64,000 nucleotides of DNA from Magallana gigas (lineage: Eukaryota): contig NC_088854.1 in the NCBI RefSeq assembly GCF_963853765.1, positions 53,196,001 to 53,260,000 of the forward strand. Direction: 5' to 3'. Both the position numbers and the translations under genes were made by a program. Of this stretch, positions 36,406-46,578 are shown piece by piece (position 1 is the stretch's first letter; each line of letters starts with the position of its first letter). The notes under the pieces were generated by a model. It was not told the DNA's origin, searched no databases, and saw only the letters and a list, made by a program, of their open reading frames with translations.

Positions 36406-39400
36406 GTGTTTGAATTTTTTTTTCTTTTACGAATCTGTAAATGACAGGAGAGAAACAGCCTGGAGCATGATAAAGATAGACTCAAGACATCCCTCAACAA
36501 GTCACTGACTCACAGTCAACAGCTCTCGGCCGAGCTCGAGCTATCTCAGAACAAGGTCATGGATCTCAAAAGTCAAATCAGCCGACTTGAGACAGCTCTA
36601 GAAAAAGTAAGTCAACTTCATTTGGTTTTAGATCAGCAAAAAACTTCAGTACATTTTTATGTCTGATTATGTATTGTATGTTGCTTCAAAAAGGTAAAAC
36701 TCTATAAATGCATGTGTGTCAATTTCTCACTAGTCTCTAAAGAGAAACAAGTTAAGAAAGGCTGCTGAGAAGTTGGGGAAGCCCCAGGTTTGTAGAGTTA
36801 CCTCCCTTGTGGTGTACTGCCTGGTGTGGTCCCCTGTAACTGTCTGGTAGTGGTCGGTGGTGCTTGGTTCTAGGTGGCACTCCAATAACTGATGCATTAA
36901 TACAGCCCTTTGTTATTCTCCCATAATGTCAACAGTCTCTAACCTTTACTGAATGGATTTCTGTTAGAATGGGAACCATTTCTAGATCGTAATTCAGCAT
37001 TTTGAGTGTTGCACTTGGAAATAGTTAAACTGTATTGTTGTTGTTTGTATTTTTAAGTAGCCTTGGTAGAATTGCTAGTAAAAAAAACTAAATAGGTGCA
37101 AGAACTTCATAATTTCTTCCATAGCCATCCAGTTGTGCTGTAATTATAAATGTTAATCAATTTCAGTCAACGACAAAGAACGCCATGTGTCAGGCGGAGC
37201 TGGAACAGTATCAGCAGGATGTGGCTCGACTCAAACTACGACACCAACTCGACCTACAGGTCAGAGCCTATGTCTGTTCATAGATTAGTCTATTATATGT
37301 AGTATTGTAACCTGCATTAAATCAGTGAAATCTGTGAAGTACAATGTATAACCAATTTTATTCTTCTGCTATAAAAGTTTGAGACATTTCTTGCTAAGTT
37401 TGGAGATTTTTGCCTGTGCACTTTAGTGCCGATTTCTTAAAGTTTCTACATGTAGTATTACATAAGTTGTCATTATTTAATTCAGTTTATCGAAATATCT
37501 GTGTTGGCATAGAGTCAATTGAAATCAAATGACAGACAAAAAAATACTATAACAGGGGAGATTGCCCTTGGACTTGTAAAGTACGGTATTGGTTTTTCTT
37601 TCAGATAATGTTGGCTTTTGTATGCAGCTCACTGATAACGTTAAAGTCAATTTTGTATCATTTAAATTTCATGTAGTTTTACCTATCATTAAAACTAATA
37701 TTTTTGTTGTAATATTGTAGGAAGCAATACAGAGGTCTCTACCCAACAAAGCACAGGAATATGAGAGCCCGGCTCTATTCTCTGCTGCTTTTCCTGGACA
37801 GCATCACATGACCTCCGCCCTGGGCAGTCGTCCAGCTAGTGGAAGCTCGGAGAGGAGGTTCCCATCAAAGGATTTCTCTACAGAATCATTGCCTACAAGG
37901 GTGGGTCATCTATGTCAAGGTCAAGGTTAATCTAATTCTCTCTATTTTTCTAGTCCTTTAATTTTTTTCTTGCTAATAACTGTTTATGATTTTTTTTTTT
38001 GGACAGGACACAGATGAGTATAAATATGTGGGGAGTGAGTTGAAGCATTTAGTGGACCAAATGAAAACCCTGATGTCAGAGAGGAAACAGAAACAAGCAG
38101 AAAAAGCCTCTCACCATCGACGATCAAGGTCGAACCAGAATGGATATAACAGGTATGATGACCTTGTCTTTTCTGAAATACGCGCTGAAAGAAGGTGTTT
38201 GTCATTCTAATCTTTTAAAGATAGAAAAATACAAATATATATACAAAGTGTGAGATTTGTTGTTGACAATATTCTAATTATTTACTCATTCTAGTTCTGA
38301 AAGTTTGTCCGACACTGAGTATCACTCAGATGTGGAATTAGAGAGAAGTTATTTGAGGTCAAGGTCAAGAGAAAAATCTGACAGCAAAGAATACTCAGGA
38401 TATTCTTCCCTCAGGGGTAAGTGTTTAACAATATCTTTTTAAAATGTGAAAATTTTTATTTTGAATATGGAAATTTAAGAAGGAAAGCTTTTATGAATAA
38501 ATATTCTGAGGACAAATATATGTATTTGATTATTTTTTATTTGCAATTTTGCTGAAATGGTTAACAATATTTATAATCCAGAAAAAAATATGATATGAAA
38601 ACACATGTATTTTTTAAACATGAATTATGATTTTAAGACATTGCTCAGTAAAGTACAATACTGAACATGTATTCCAAATATTGTAAATAAATAAATGTCT
38701 TTTCTCTTTCATAATCAATTTAAAATTGTCTGTGATTTATCTTTTTAGAAAATCGATCTCGTTCCCTTTCTCCGCACCATGCACACCGGCGTTCCTTCAG
38801 TAACGACACCTCCAATCTGTTACGATCTGGTAACGACTGTTACTCAACACGTAACGGTCGCAGTGAGGAGATTCACCCCTCAGGGACCAGAGACTCGTAC
38901 AGTACAGGTATGTCGTGGTAGATAAATATCCATCCATTTTAGGGTACAATGTTGATGATGTAGGTGTGTGTTTGGGTTAATGATATCATTTATATAGTTC
39001 AGATTTTATAGAAGTAGACATTGTTATATTATGACTGGTTTGCCTATAAATAGGTCCCCATCGTTATCGCCTAAGATGTCGTAAGTTACTTGAATGTGTA
39101 TTTATATAACCAAGAAAATCTCTGTAGTAGATCTTTTAGTGTTAGTTTCTGTTACACCTTATTTTCATCCTGACCAAATGATTGTGTCATATGTATAGAA
39201 TTTTTAGAAATAAATGTATGTCATTGTCTGTCTTTGATAAATTCATGTAATGTTCCCAAATGTCAAAAATAGGAAATGAAACTGACACTGAATATAATAA
39301 TTGTGTATCAGTAGTTTTAATCAACAATCAATATCTATGCACCAAAATATTGTGCACATTAAAACTTACAGGGCACATATAACTGTAGGAGTACTAGAAA

Positions 39401-41006
39401 CAGTGTAGTTTGTCCGTCAACTTCAGTGTGTCACTGATGGTGCTTCTAGATTCAGGGTTAGCACTGTTAAGGGAGTATTGGTTGTGTTTTTGAAGTGTGT
39501 GGGCCATTCAATCACATTTTGATGGAGCTATCTGTGTGAGCTTTGGGGGTCCTCTAAGATCTGTCCTCAGGTTTTTCCTGATGGAATGTCTGTACATATA
39601 GTCACACATCCTTTACCGGCTTATTAACAGAGCCAACTGATGTAAGTAAAGAGGACACACAAAATAGCCTGTCACTCCCGGACAGCACTGACCCGTCCCT
39701 AGGGGCGGGGCATAATCAGGAGGAGGGGACAGGTAGGTGTGGCTTAGAGCTGTCCGTCACGCTTTTATCAACACGTCTTGTCCTGCTTGTCCATGTTGTT
39801 ACACTTCTGACAGTGTCTTGCTTTTCAGCTTAAATCTTTGTGTTTTAATGAAGCTAATGTAAAATAAGACTGATTGTATAATCTGACAAACTTGTAGTTA
39901 AAGTTTATGTTATATGTAGTTGCACTAAACACTTGTAATCTCTAGTTTGTATTGGATTGATAGGCAATGTGTTTTATTGTAGGCAGCGCTGTCTAGAAAC
40001 TCTTCGTTTTGTTATTGACACAATCACTCACATGTCATAACACGTTTACAGTAAATCTCTATACATGTTATACGTTTAATATGTTAGGAATGCTTGAAAT
40101 GCTCTAAATGCTCTGCAATATACTTTTTAAAAAATGGCAACCCTTTCCTTGAAATTATTATTTTAGAAATATGCTTTGTTTTATACTTTATATATTGTTT
40201 TCCACTGAAAATCCATAAGAACATTTGATAAAGAAACCCAAGAACATTTTGTTTTTTGATAATATATACCTCCATACAATTATTTCTCCCTCTGTTTATT
40301 TCAGGGCGTGGCATTCCCCTTCCCCCACCAACAGAGGCCAACAACACAGAGGACTTGTGCAGAAGGCTGGAACAGAAAATTGAGTCCCTCACAAAAATGG
40401 GAGGCTCACTCCAGAAAGAGAACAAAGGTAACCATAGATAGTGAAGGGTAGAATTCTATGAACATTATCATATTTCTTGTGGAATGTTTTCATTCAAACA
40501 CAAAAGGTGAGGTGTGTATCTAAATACCAGTAGCTCTATCCCCAAAACATCTGCTGGTAGGTGAAGCATCTACCTCTGTAGGTATGAGTCGTTTTTATCT
40601 TGCTTTTTTTCTGCAGGTATTTTGATAAGTGTTGTATATATTCTTCATCATCTGCTCCATTATCATTAATAGCTAATGGCAAAACATTAAATCTTTTTTA
40701 TACTTTCTATTCAAAAGATCAGCCTACTGAAAATTATGCTTGTACCTACATTTTGTGAATGTCTAGTTTGACATGCAAAGAGATGAACGTGTGTAGCCTA
40801 TATTTGTGTTTGAAATTATGTGTAATTTTTTGTTACCTTTATAATGATTGGAAATGAATCATGACAGGTATCTATGATTGGGTTATATATAGAAAACATT
40901 ATTTTTCTTTTATTTCTTAGAAATGGCAGATCTGATGAAAGTTCAAGGTAAAAAGATAAAGAAGGTCAAGGAGAGTTCAAAGAAAGTGAAGAAGGTCACA
41001 CGATGA
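16807..41006 (+). CDS. CCDC158: Coiled-coil domain-containing protein 158-like gene (24 exons; 3609-nt frame from ATG 16822 = 1202 aa, or ~1265-1278 aa with the 6.6-kb exon 1)
   Basis: All GT-AG exons join in phase with no stop. The translation is colinear with recalled vertebrate CCDC158: ANELSEQQKRQFRSNIEELKSKLQE ~ SNELHEKQKFYLRQSVIDLQTKLQE; AVKVADKMQKEVTLKRNEIDSLKTK ~ AMKVAMGMQKQITAKRGQIDALQSK; VARLKLRHQLDL ~ SVRLKLQHTLDI; LCRRLEQKIESL ~ TCRKLQNRLESL. Confidence 0.9.
17413..17513 (+). CDS. CCDC158: CCDC158 exon (YTQVSRP...KTISDLR); alternative acceptor at 17423
   Basis: TTTACAG| acceptor, CAG|GTACTC donor, ends in phase 2. Confidence 0.8.
17627..17824 (+). CDS. CCDC158: CCDC158 exon (TQLDAQRKETERLQQQL...)
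   Basis: TTGTAG| acceptor, CC|GTAAGT donor; phase 2 to phase 2. Confidence 0.85.
17963..18032 (+). CDS. CCDC158: CCDC158 exon (SHLEKSLKDSQEQVADLRRRLQE)
   Basis: Canonical sites, GAG|GTGAGT donor. Confidence 0.9.
18942..19051 (+). CDS. CCDC158: CCDC158 exon (ANELSEQQK...DAVLDLR)
   Basis: Canonical sites; strong resemblance to the family. Confidence 0.9.
19891..20039. other. Assembly gap (~149 N)
   Basis: Run of N inside an intron; flanking exons join in phase without it. Confidence 0.98.
20436..20526 (+). CDS. CCDC158: CCDC158 exon (QKESSNQE...RGQEE)
   Basis: Canonical sites, phase 2 to 0. Confidence 0.88.
20857..21093 (+). CDS. CCDC158: CCDC158 exon (ALQEANRRLE...KSRISE)
   Basis: Canonical sites; lies within ORF 20851-21102. 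Confidence 0.9.
21326..21402 (+). CDS. CCDC158: CCDC158 exon (LENEVKSLKQ...EQQEK)
   Basis: Canonical sites, AA|GTAAGT donor. Confidence 0.88.
22005..22115 (+). CDS. CCDC158: CCDC158 exon (ITNMSAEHEKQ...QQLAMIE)
   Basis: Canonical sites, GA|GTAAGT donor. Confidence 0.88.
22107..22594 (+). repeat. 41-42-bp minisatellite (~12 units), most containing the exon donor GATTGA|GTAAGT
   Basis: Consensus TAGGATTGAGTAAGTCAGGTCCCAGGTCTTAAAGTG(G)TCC(T/A)A at 22110, 22151, 22192, 22234, 22276, 22318, 22401, 22442, 22530, plus variants. Confidence 0.92.
23368..23482 (+). CDS. CCDC158: CCDC158 exon (GQQDQQLKLRD...IKWQEK)
   Basis: Canonical sites, phase 2 to 0. Confidence 0.88.
23829..23948 (+). CDS. CCDC158: CCDC158 exon (REVYERSQ...LQSKLEESQ); 3' end may be extendable into the 33-bp array
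   Basis: AACAG| acceptor; first donor CAG|GTAGGG at 23949. Confidence 0.85.
23925..24552 (+). repeat. 33-bp tandem array (19 units) of exon end plus splice donor; encodes QS(K/N)LEES(Q/L)V(R/G)V
   Basis: Unit CAGAGTAA(A/T)CTAGAGGAGTCTC(A/T)G|GTA(A/G)GGGTA. Units 1-11 are in frame; unit 12 (24288) has a 1-bp deletion. Confidence 0.97.
24807..25004 (+). CDS. CCDC158: CCDC158 exon (NALVRCKTELDLEK...AQVSEK)
   Basis: Canonical sites, phase 0 to 0. Confidence 0.9.
25762..26560 (+). CDS. CCDC158: CCDC158 large coiled-coil exon (799 bp)
   Basis: Within ORF 25738-26589; GCAG| acceptor, AAG|GTAAGC donor. Confidence 0.92.
26675..26740 (+). CDS. CCDC158: CCDC158 exon (AADQEVRLAQRTLRTRDSADHQ)
   Basis: TTAAG| acceptor, AAG|GTATGT donor. 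Confidence 0.88.
26839..26951 (+). CDS. CCDC158: CCDC158 exon (AVKVADKMQKE...DSLSR)
   Basis: Canonical sites; strong resemblance to the family. Confidence 0.9.
28359..29270. mobile_element. Tc1/mariner-type MITE (912 bp) inserted in a satellite monomer
   Basis: TIR CAGTCGCACCTG...CAGGTGCGACTG; TA duplicated (removal restores GGAATATATAGAG); subterminal TGGCCGCT repeats. Confidence 0.9.
29879..33676 (-). CDS. LINE ORF2: APE endonuclease + reverse transcriptase + CCHC finger (1265 codons, no AUG at the start)
   Basis: EN motifs SLNCRGL, LQDTH, GDWN, RLDFFL, TDHS. RT motifs PGTDG, WRPISLLN, DFEKAFDSV, RQGDPISP, QYADD. C-terminal CSFC...H...C. Confidence 0.97.
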   Translation of the reverse strand: MITSEFKILSLNCRGLHDVNKRKDVFKYLREQKASLYCLQDTHCTENDKSVVYAQWGLDFLMSPGNSNSRGTLTLTNNNFEYTVLNVKSDPNGNYIVSSILVDNKYSLTIVNLYGPNRDSPDFFRELSNIIEEFSDDFIIMCGDWNLVQNFNLDCHNYVKENNLKNKLEVIKLQEKFNLVDPWRINNPDARIYTWSKKTPIKQARLDFFLISEELMSLLHSVSILPGYRTDHSIIELQLKFNNFTKGKGFWRFNNSLLRDPTYVQKVKDTIAETELEYREQGNPVETEISTCIDDDLFLEILLMKIRQITIYYASKKSKERKKQKELLERQIKFTQDLFNTYHLSSYAQALSDFQDELEKIRKYELDGLLLRTHCKWIENGEKPTKYFCALEKRNYVNKNVTKLINSKGKCIVEQNEILTEIKKFYQVLYKNYDDQIEDIDLNDLFTQYKIHIPKVNEMEQQLLDNNITLSEILCSLKNMKNDKTPGTDGFTTEFFKFFWIDLNKYILKSYQCSFKKGYLSISQTRGIISIIPKGNKPREQLKNWRPISLLNTTYKILSAVLANRMKPLLSSLIHENQKGFLKGRYIGENSRLLYDVIHYCNENKVPGLVLLIDFEKAFDSVSWSFMFKVLHFFHFGEIFIKWVKILFSKASLCVIQNGFFSDFFEIGRGCRQGDPISPYLFILCAEIMGILIRNNLNIKGIVITGKEYKLLQYADDTVLLLDGSKKSLKNALSLIDQFAKYSGLKPNYDKTSCVKIGSLSNCKQNILPEVNIRWSQEPFTVLGITYCIDLNPIAMHELNFLPKLCEMKKLVASWSKRLLSPAGKITVIKSIILPKIIHLIIALPNPPSCYMKELEQLFFNFIWNNKPPRVAKKCITQNYEDGGLRMIDLNNLCTSLKITWIRRFLNYTSSWKSLLLSTLPKIENIFLYGNMFTKVLSSCCTNLFWRDVFDALFKFRKIVETEVSESVVQPIWYNENFKINNNFFFYECLAQKGVLYVYDFFSTNGQILQYEDFCDKFDVLIPFTTYYGIVNNIKMLKLPYDVNTIMFNNPYYPVFLKPILKNIKGSKEIYDIITATSWEKPKYETKWENELNLDVDRFWWKLHNRAIFKISTDVQIQWFQYRIVHRILTTNVFLKRIGIVQSDLCSFCDLYPENLSHIFWECTYVEELWNSFFEWINDQTNMMIDANIVDILFGKLSKHKNIINLLIILVKRHIYKKRNNKMLPSFEGLKREILYYRNLEHYMYKKNNNEDNFYKRWDIFSSLQ
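33838..34552 (-). repeat. Six ~120-bp tandem repeats in the LINE inter-ORF region
   Basis: Units start (plus strand) near 33838, 33958, 34078, 34201, 34324 and 34448; the last has an internal deletion and overlaps the ORF1 stop. Confidence 0.93.
34543..35352 (-). CDS. LINE ORF1 (269 aa; coiled coil plus L1-type RRM)
   Basis: MPPKNRGKK start; heptad segment; RSRKYNLLVYGIP, AHRIP and IIVKF motifs typical of L1 ORF1p. Confidence 0.9.
   Translation of the reverse strand: MPPKNRGKKADGPLDEFVKGRDQTSGAEEIRSNQETSDSSDITNKELKDLLSTLITKVEDNLGGRLTSLEAMFNEKMIEVETRVGELDDRVSEIEKDTEKNAHLESKITELKDYIMNQEARSRKYNLLVYGIPKQEKENPLEVLNQFLRNDLQMEKAVVDSLIIQNAHRIPRNPDNRYKETAPEAIIVKFACLKDRNFILARVHEVKLPKGKSVRTDLPGPLKKMRAQLAQKAYQLRKEGLKTRIIEKPTSVELQVRRTTDNRWSRYDM
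36448..36606 (+). CDS. CCDC158: CCDC158 exon (ERNSLEHDKD...LETALEK)
   Basis: Canonical sites, phase 0 to 0. Confidence 0.9.
37167..37259 (+). CDS. CCDC158: CCDC158 exon (STTKNAMCQ...RHQLDLQ)
   Basis: Canonical sites; resembles the family. Confidence 0.9.
37721..37900 (+). CDS. CCDC158: CCDC158 exon (EAIQRSLP...SLPTR)
   Basis: Open and in phase; donor AGG|GTGGGT. Confidence 0.8.
38007..38152 (+). CDS. CCDC158: CCDC158 exon (DTDEY...ELKHLVDQMKTLM...)
   Basis: Canonical sites; resembles DLKQLLQELRSVI. Confidence 0.85.
38295..38416 (+). CDS. CCDC158: CCDC158 exon (SESLSDTEY...SSLR)
   Basis: Canonical sites, phase 2 to 1. Confidence 0.82.
38749..38907 (+). CDS. CCDC158: CCDC158 exon (NRSRSLSP...DSYST)
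   Basis: Canonical sites, phase 1 to 1. Confidence 0.82.
39631..39732 (+). CDS. CCDC158: CCDC158 exon (PTDVSKED...EEGT); symmetric, possibly a cassette
   Basis: AACAG| acceptor, CAG|GTAGGT donor, 102 bp, phase 1 to 1. Confidence 0.65.
40305..40427 (+). CDS. CCDC158: CCDC158 exon (...LCRRLEQKIESLTKMGGSLQKENK)
   Basis: Canonical sites; resembles the family C-terminus. Confidence 0.88.
40921..41006 (+). CDS. CCDC158: CCDC158 last coding exon (MADLMKVQGKKIKKVKE...TR*)
   Basis: TTCTTAG| acceptor; TGA at 41004-41006; resembles MSSMIRNQEKRIQKVKD. Confidence 0.88.
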
Positions 41007-44000
41007 TGACTTCAAGGACAAGATCAGATCAAACATTCCATTGTGGATCCCTAGTCTGAGGGACAAGATCACATACGACTGTGTCAGGGAATGTCACCTG
41101 TGCCAAATTTCCAGATAGCTTCATTAAGAGGACTCAGTACAATGCTGCATTGATTGATTATAATATACCTGTATACCTGCGCATACCTGTGTTTCTGACA
41201 TGCTTTGCTTTCATGGTCTTATCTGTATGAAAAACTGGAGTAGATAAGTGAGAGATTAATTAATTTAAGAAACAAAGATGCAATTCCTAGACTAGGATTA
41301 ATACTTGTTTTATCAATTCACAGCATTATGATAAATATTTTCAGAAAATGTTGACAAAAATTATACTGTGAAAATTTTTCAAACGCATAACTAGTGCAGG
41401 CTTAGGATATTGATTAAAGATGTCCGGTATTGGAGTGGTAGCTTTAGTTCTGTTAGTGTTTACTTCTTGTCAATCCCAGAATTCCTTGTAAATGTCTACG
41501 GAAAAGTTGTCTTTTTACACTTACATCTGTTTTATTTAATCAAACCTCATACCCAAGGACAGAAATCCATTCCTTTTACGTCCTTTATTTATATGGTCAC
41601 TGATCCATATATTCCACAGTTATATTGTGTGTTGTGTTCGGCCATCTTCAATGTTCTGACAGATTTGTTGTTAATGGTATTTATTTATGAATGTAATTTA
41701 CATTGTAAGCCAATATAAACAGAAATTCCTGTGTTTACTAACCCATGATGACAATCACATCTGATATAACTCTTCTCAAGCCTAACACTGTCAGAGTTGT
41801 GTCCCTTGTATTCCATTGGTGTCTGTGATATATTTCTTTGTAAATCCTCAATATATACTGAATTTTACTAGGTGTATTTTTATTTAAATGAACAAAGATT
41901 TAAACATGATACACTTGTTGTGTTTTTACTTTGTTGAGTAGTCGAGTACACAAACTTTAGTATAAAAACTTTACTTCATTAGTGACTCGGCAATCTAATG
42001 TGGTTTTACAGAGGGCTTTCATAGGGAACCCTTCCATGTATCTAGCTTTAAAAATTGTGTGCTAAGAAATGTGAAATAAAAGAACATTGCAGTGTTACAT
42101 GGCAGTCTAGTCAACATTCTATAATCAAATGTGGAGCAGTAATTAAGTGTGTACAAGTTAATTTGCAATACATACATAACATTTACTTATCATGTTAGAC
42201 TTGATACATGTGATAAATATATATTTCAATTTTACCTACATATATGTATGAACATCACTTCTGACATCATAATGTAACAAATTGTACATGTGTACACTTC
42301 ATTGACAACTCATTGTATCGGGGTGTGTACAGTTTTGTAATGTAGAGTCCAAATCCAGTATACATTGATTTGTTACAGAATCTACTGCAATGAAAATGTA
42401 AGGATCTACAAGATTAACAGTATATTATTTCTGACAATGTAATGTAACCAGACTGCAATGAAGCATAATCTATATATTGAATTGGGTGCATATTTTAATG
42501 CATCTAACCAGTTCACAGCATCCTTTTAAATATTCCAGGAGCTAATCACCAGAGCAGTGTATTGAATCAGGATCTATACTTCTAATAACTATTAATAATT
42601 AAACAAGATTTATACACTTGGCATTGACGATGTAATGTTTATTTTTTTACACTGTAATGTAACAAGATCTATATACCTGGCAGTGCATTGCAATGGGTTA
42701 GTTACATCTGACAGGACTTTAAAACTGCGGAACATTCGCAAATAAACGCACATTTTGTGCAATATATATAACGGAAAACTTGGTAACATAGGCGTAACTA
42801 AATTGCTAATAAGGATTAAGTCTAAATCTTTCATTCTCTCATTTAAACAGGTTTAACCTTTACAGTCGCTACACAGAGTCGCAGAAAGAAATTGAATTCC
42901 TCAAACTAATATGCACAATTTCACTACAAAACTCTTATTTATTTCAAACTGTTAAGAGGCCCAATTGCAAAGGTCTTTGTGCTCACGTGAAACGAGAACT
43001 CTGGAGTTGAGTATTACAAAAAAAACAACGACAGGCTCGTAAATATTTCACGTCTCCGTTTGAAATTGAAATTTGAAATCGAACGACACTTAAAAAATAT
43101 TTCATATTTACAACAATTTCTATTTATGTAATTATGATGTTTTATCGATTGAGGAAATCTCTATCTTCGGTATCACGTGTATATAAAACTTGGTCAAAGA
43201 TCACATGGCTATAACTTGAAATGCACTTCTGAATGTGATTAAGGACATACGAGGCGTTCCTAAGTTTTATATAATTTTCCTGAATATATAACTAGTATTC
43301 CTTATTTGTTTGCATTTAACCCTGTTAATGTCAACAAGTTCTGGGTACATGTATATTACCAGGATATTTTTAAAATTATGTGCGTGATGGGTTTTCAAAC
43401 GTACTCGAATGGGTTTCGGGTCACGTGATCAGGTAATATAAAAATTAGGACCTTGCGGTGGCGTGGCACTCTAAGCTCGCTCGCTTGTTGCGATTTGATT
43501 TTTGGCTGACAGATGGTTGTTTAATATGTGTTTTTGTGTTAAATAAAATAAACGCTAGCGAGCAGCGTACCCATGTAATTTATATCTGTTATTTTTGTTC
43601 ATTTAGCACTTTATTGTTTTATATTCGGACGAACGTAGTGAGGGAGAATATACATTGAAGTTACAATATTTTCACTTTACCTTATTATAGCACCCAAGAT
43701 GCTATTGAATGCTTCTAAAGAAAAACATAAAATATATTTTCAATTGAAGCTTTAATATCAACATAGTACACTAACATTGAATCAGGGAGTTACGTAGTGG
43801 AATTTTTCACATTAATTACTGAGATAGGAAATTATAAAAAATAATGGAAGATAGGTCGCATCTGACTTTTATTTAAGCTTGCTCATCCTAGGGTATGGAC
43901 TATGGAAAGATAAAAGATTTTGTAAGTATAAAGAAAAAATCAAGATCTTGCTTTCACTCACCGTAGCACTACATAACTGAAATGTCCAATACATTGAGAA

Positions 44001-44166
44001 CCTTGTTATCAATGAAAAAAAATCACAAAACAAAGACAGATAAAGAAGAGTAGTTTTTTTTAGATATTTATAATTAGCAATCATTATATATGATTTTACA
44101 ACCACATTTTTCACGAACGGTTCGCGTTAATTCGCGAAAGTGATAATATTCGCGAAAGTTATGCTC

Positions 44167-46150
44167 TTTTTTTATGGCGTCGAGCGAAGCTCGAAAGCCA
44201 TCTAGGGATCGTACGTCCGGAAGTTACATTTTTAGGAGCCAAACAACTCAAATGAGTGCAAAGTTTTCGTATGTGTTTCAAGAAAAATAGATGACATACT
44301 TCAATTTCGAGCAGAACTGTACGTCAACAAAACAAGTTTGCAGATTCGAAATGGTTGCCGTCTTTAAAAATGTTCACATTTTATTGAAAACAATATGTCT
44401 CGGTTTCAGCGGATGAATACACTAGCACCGAGACACATGCGATAGCTGGGCTTACATACTCAATTTGGTTATGAAATGTACTAGCCTGCAAAATAGATGA
44501 TTTTGTATCCATATCGAAAATTGACAATGCACAAATGTTTGATCTTGTAGAAACAAAACTTCCTAATCGAGCGATAAGTACATCTACATAAACCAACTAG
44601 TGAACTACTTTCACTTTGTAAACAACGTGAATGGGTGCTTTCTTTTATCTACCCCCGATCTTTTCGGCCCGTGTCATTTGGATCCTTGTGAATTTTAGAT
44701 GAAATTGATAATAAGAGACAGAGTGGTTATCAGCAGTATACAATATATAGAATTAAACACAATAATAATTTAAATATTTATTTCCATATAAATAGAGAAA
44801 AAAAATCTAAAAAATTTTTAACTCCTAAGATATTACTATAAACTTAAATTTTCAATTGAAATTCAAAACTTTTTAAGAATTAGGTGAGCAAATTTGTAAT
44901 GAATTGTAATTTTATTAGTTATGTGATAAATAACATTTTCTATTTTTTTTGAAAATTTTTTTTTTTGATAATTTATGGAAAACAAAATACCAGCTTTTGA
45001 ACTTGGTCATTTTTTGGCAAAATATTGCATATAGGGTACCATCATTGTATGGATAAGTCCTCCTACAGTTTTCAAAATAGGAAGTTGTTCTTTTACAGAT
45101 CAATTAAACATATATCAGAGGCATGCATATTGCTAGGATTTTGATTTTCGATAATTTATGAAAATAATACCAGCTTTTGAACTTGGTCATTTTTTGGCAA
45201 AATATTGCATATAGGGTACCCTCATTGTACGGATAACTCCTCCTACAGTTTTCAAAATAGGAAGTTGTTCTTTTGCAGATCAGTTATACATATATCAGAG
45301 GTATGCATATTGCTAGGATTTTGATTTTCGATAATTTATGAAAAAAATACCAGCTTTTGAACTTGGTCATTTTTTGGCAAAATATTGCATATAGGGTACC
45401 CTCATTGTACGGATAAGTCCTCCTACAGTTTTCAAAACAGGAAGTTGTTCTTTTGCAGATCAATTACACATATATCAGAGGTATGCATATTGTTAGGATT
45501 TTGATTTTCGATAATTTATGAAAAAAATACCAGCTTTTGAACTTAGTCATTTTTGGCAAAATATTGCATATAGGGTACCCTCATTGTACGGATAACTCCT
45601 CCTACAGTTCTCAAGATAGGAAATTTTTCTTTTGCAGATCAGTTATACATATATCAGAGGTGTGCTTATTGCTAGGAGTTTGGTTACTGATAATTTATGA
45701 AAAAAAATTGCTTGTATTTTGGTTACTGATAATTTATGAAAAAAATACCAGCTTTTGAAGTTAGTCAATTTTTAGCAAAATATTGCATATAGGGTTACCT
45801 CATTGTACGGATAACTATTCCTACAGTTTTATAGATAAAAAGTTGTTCTTTTGCAGATTAATTGTACATGTATCAGAGGTGTGAATATTTTTAGGATTTT
45901 TATTTCTGATTATTTATGAAAAAAATACCAGCTTTTGAACTTAGTCTTTTTTTAGCAAAATATTGCATATGAGGTACTTTATTTCACTGGATATGGGTTG
46001 ACATGGATTATGGATACAGTTCACATATAAAAAGAAAACCCAGTTAGCTGTCTCATTGACAGCTTTTCACTTGTTTAAAAAATTATTTAGGTCTTTACTC
46101 TTCAAATTAACTTTAACTCGACGCCATTGTGGCCCTTCAGGCCTTTGATT
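44167..46150 (+). mobile_element. HINE-like element with a central 180-bp tandem array (~5.5 copies, 44965-45980)
   Basis: 5' TTTTTTTATGGCGTCGAG and 3' CTCGACGCCA subTIRs; terminal hairpin GGCC-CTTCA-GGCC; T-rich flanks. Confidence 0.85.
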
Positions 46151-46301
46151 TTTATTAAAGTTACGAGCTTATTTGAAAACTTTATTTGCAAGATTTGTGT
46201 GTTTAAAAATTTCGTGTTATATCGCAAAATCAAGGCGTTTGGTTATGAACCTTTCGTACCTTTAATTGATCGGGATCGTAATTCGTAAAATGTACCGGGT
46301 G

Positions 46302-46309
46302 TTGCGCAA
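46302..46309. promoter_or_regulatory. C/EBP-type palindrome TTGCGCAA upstream of gene 2
   Basis: Motif match ~270 bp upstream of the ATG at 46579. Confidence 0.25.
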
Positions 46310-46578
46310 TCGTGTGTAAACACTATTCATGACAACCTCCTCAAGTTATTGAACAAGACAGAAGCACACAGTTTCATGTGAGAATAATGCAACATTCATA
46401 TGCTAAAATTGTTTTTCGTTCATGTTTTTTTACTCTATGACAGATTTACGTTCGGCCTACATATCACTTTGCATTTAGATTCAATTTTAATATCACTTTG
46501 CATTTAGATGCTACGCCCATTAGCAGGGTTGTGGGGATATTTATTGATATATAATCTGTATATATTTTTAACCAGATT

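Noticed and set aside
36867-36883. CTCF-like site TTCTAGGTGGCACTCC
   Set aside because: Partial match only, single occurrence, no supporting context.
43400-43480. Promoter of gene 2 (GTCACGTGATC E-box followed by a donor-like CAG|GTAATA)
   Set aside because: No way to link it to the acceptor at 46575 from sequence alone; may be TE-derived.
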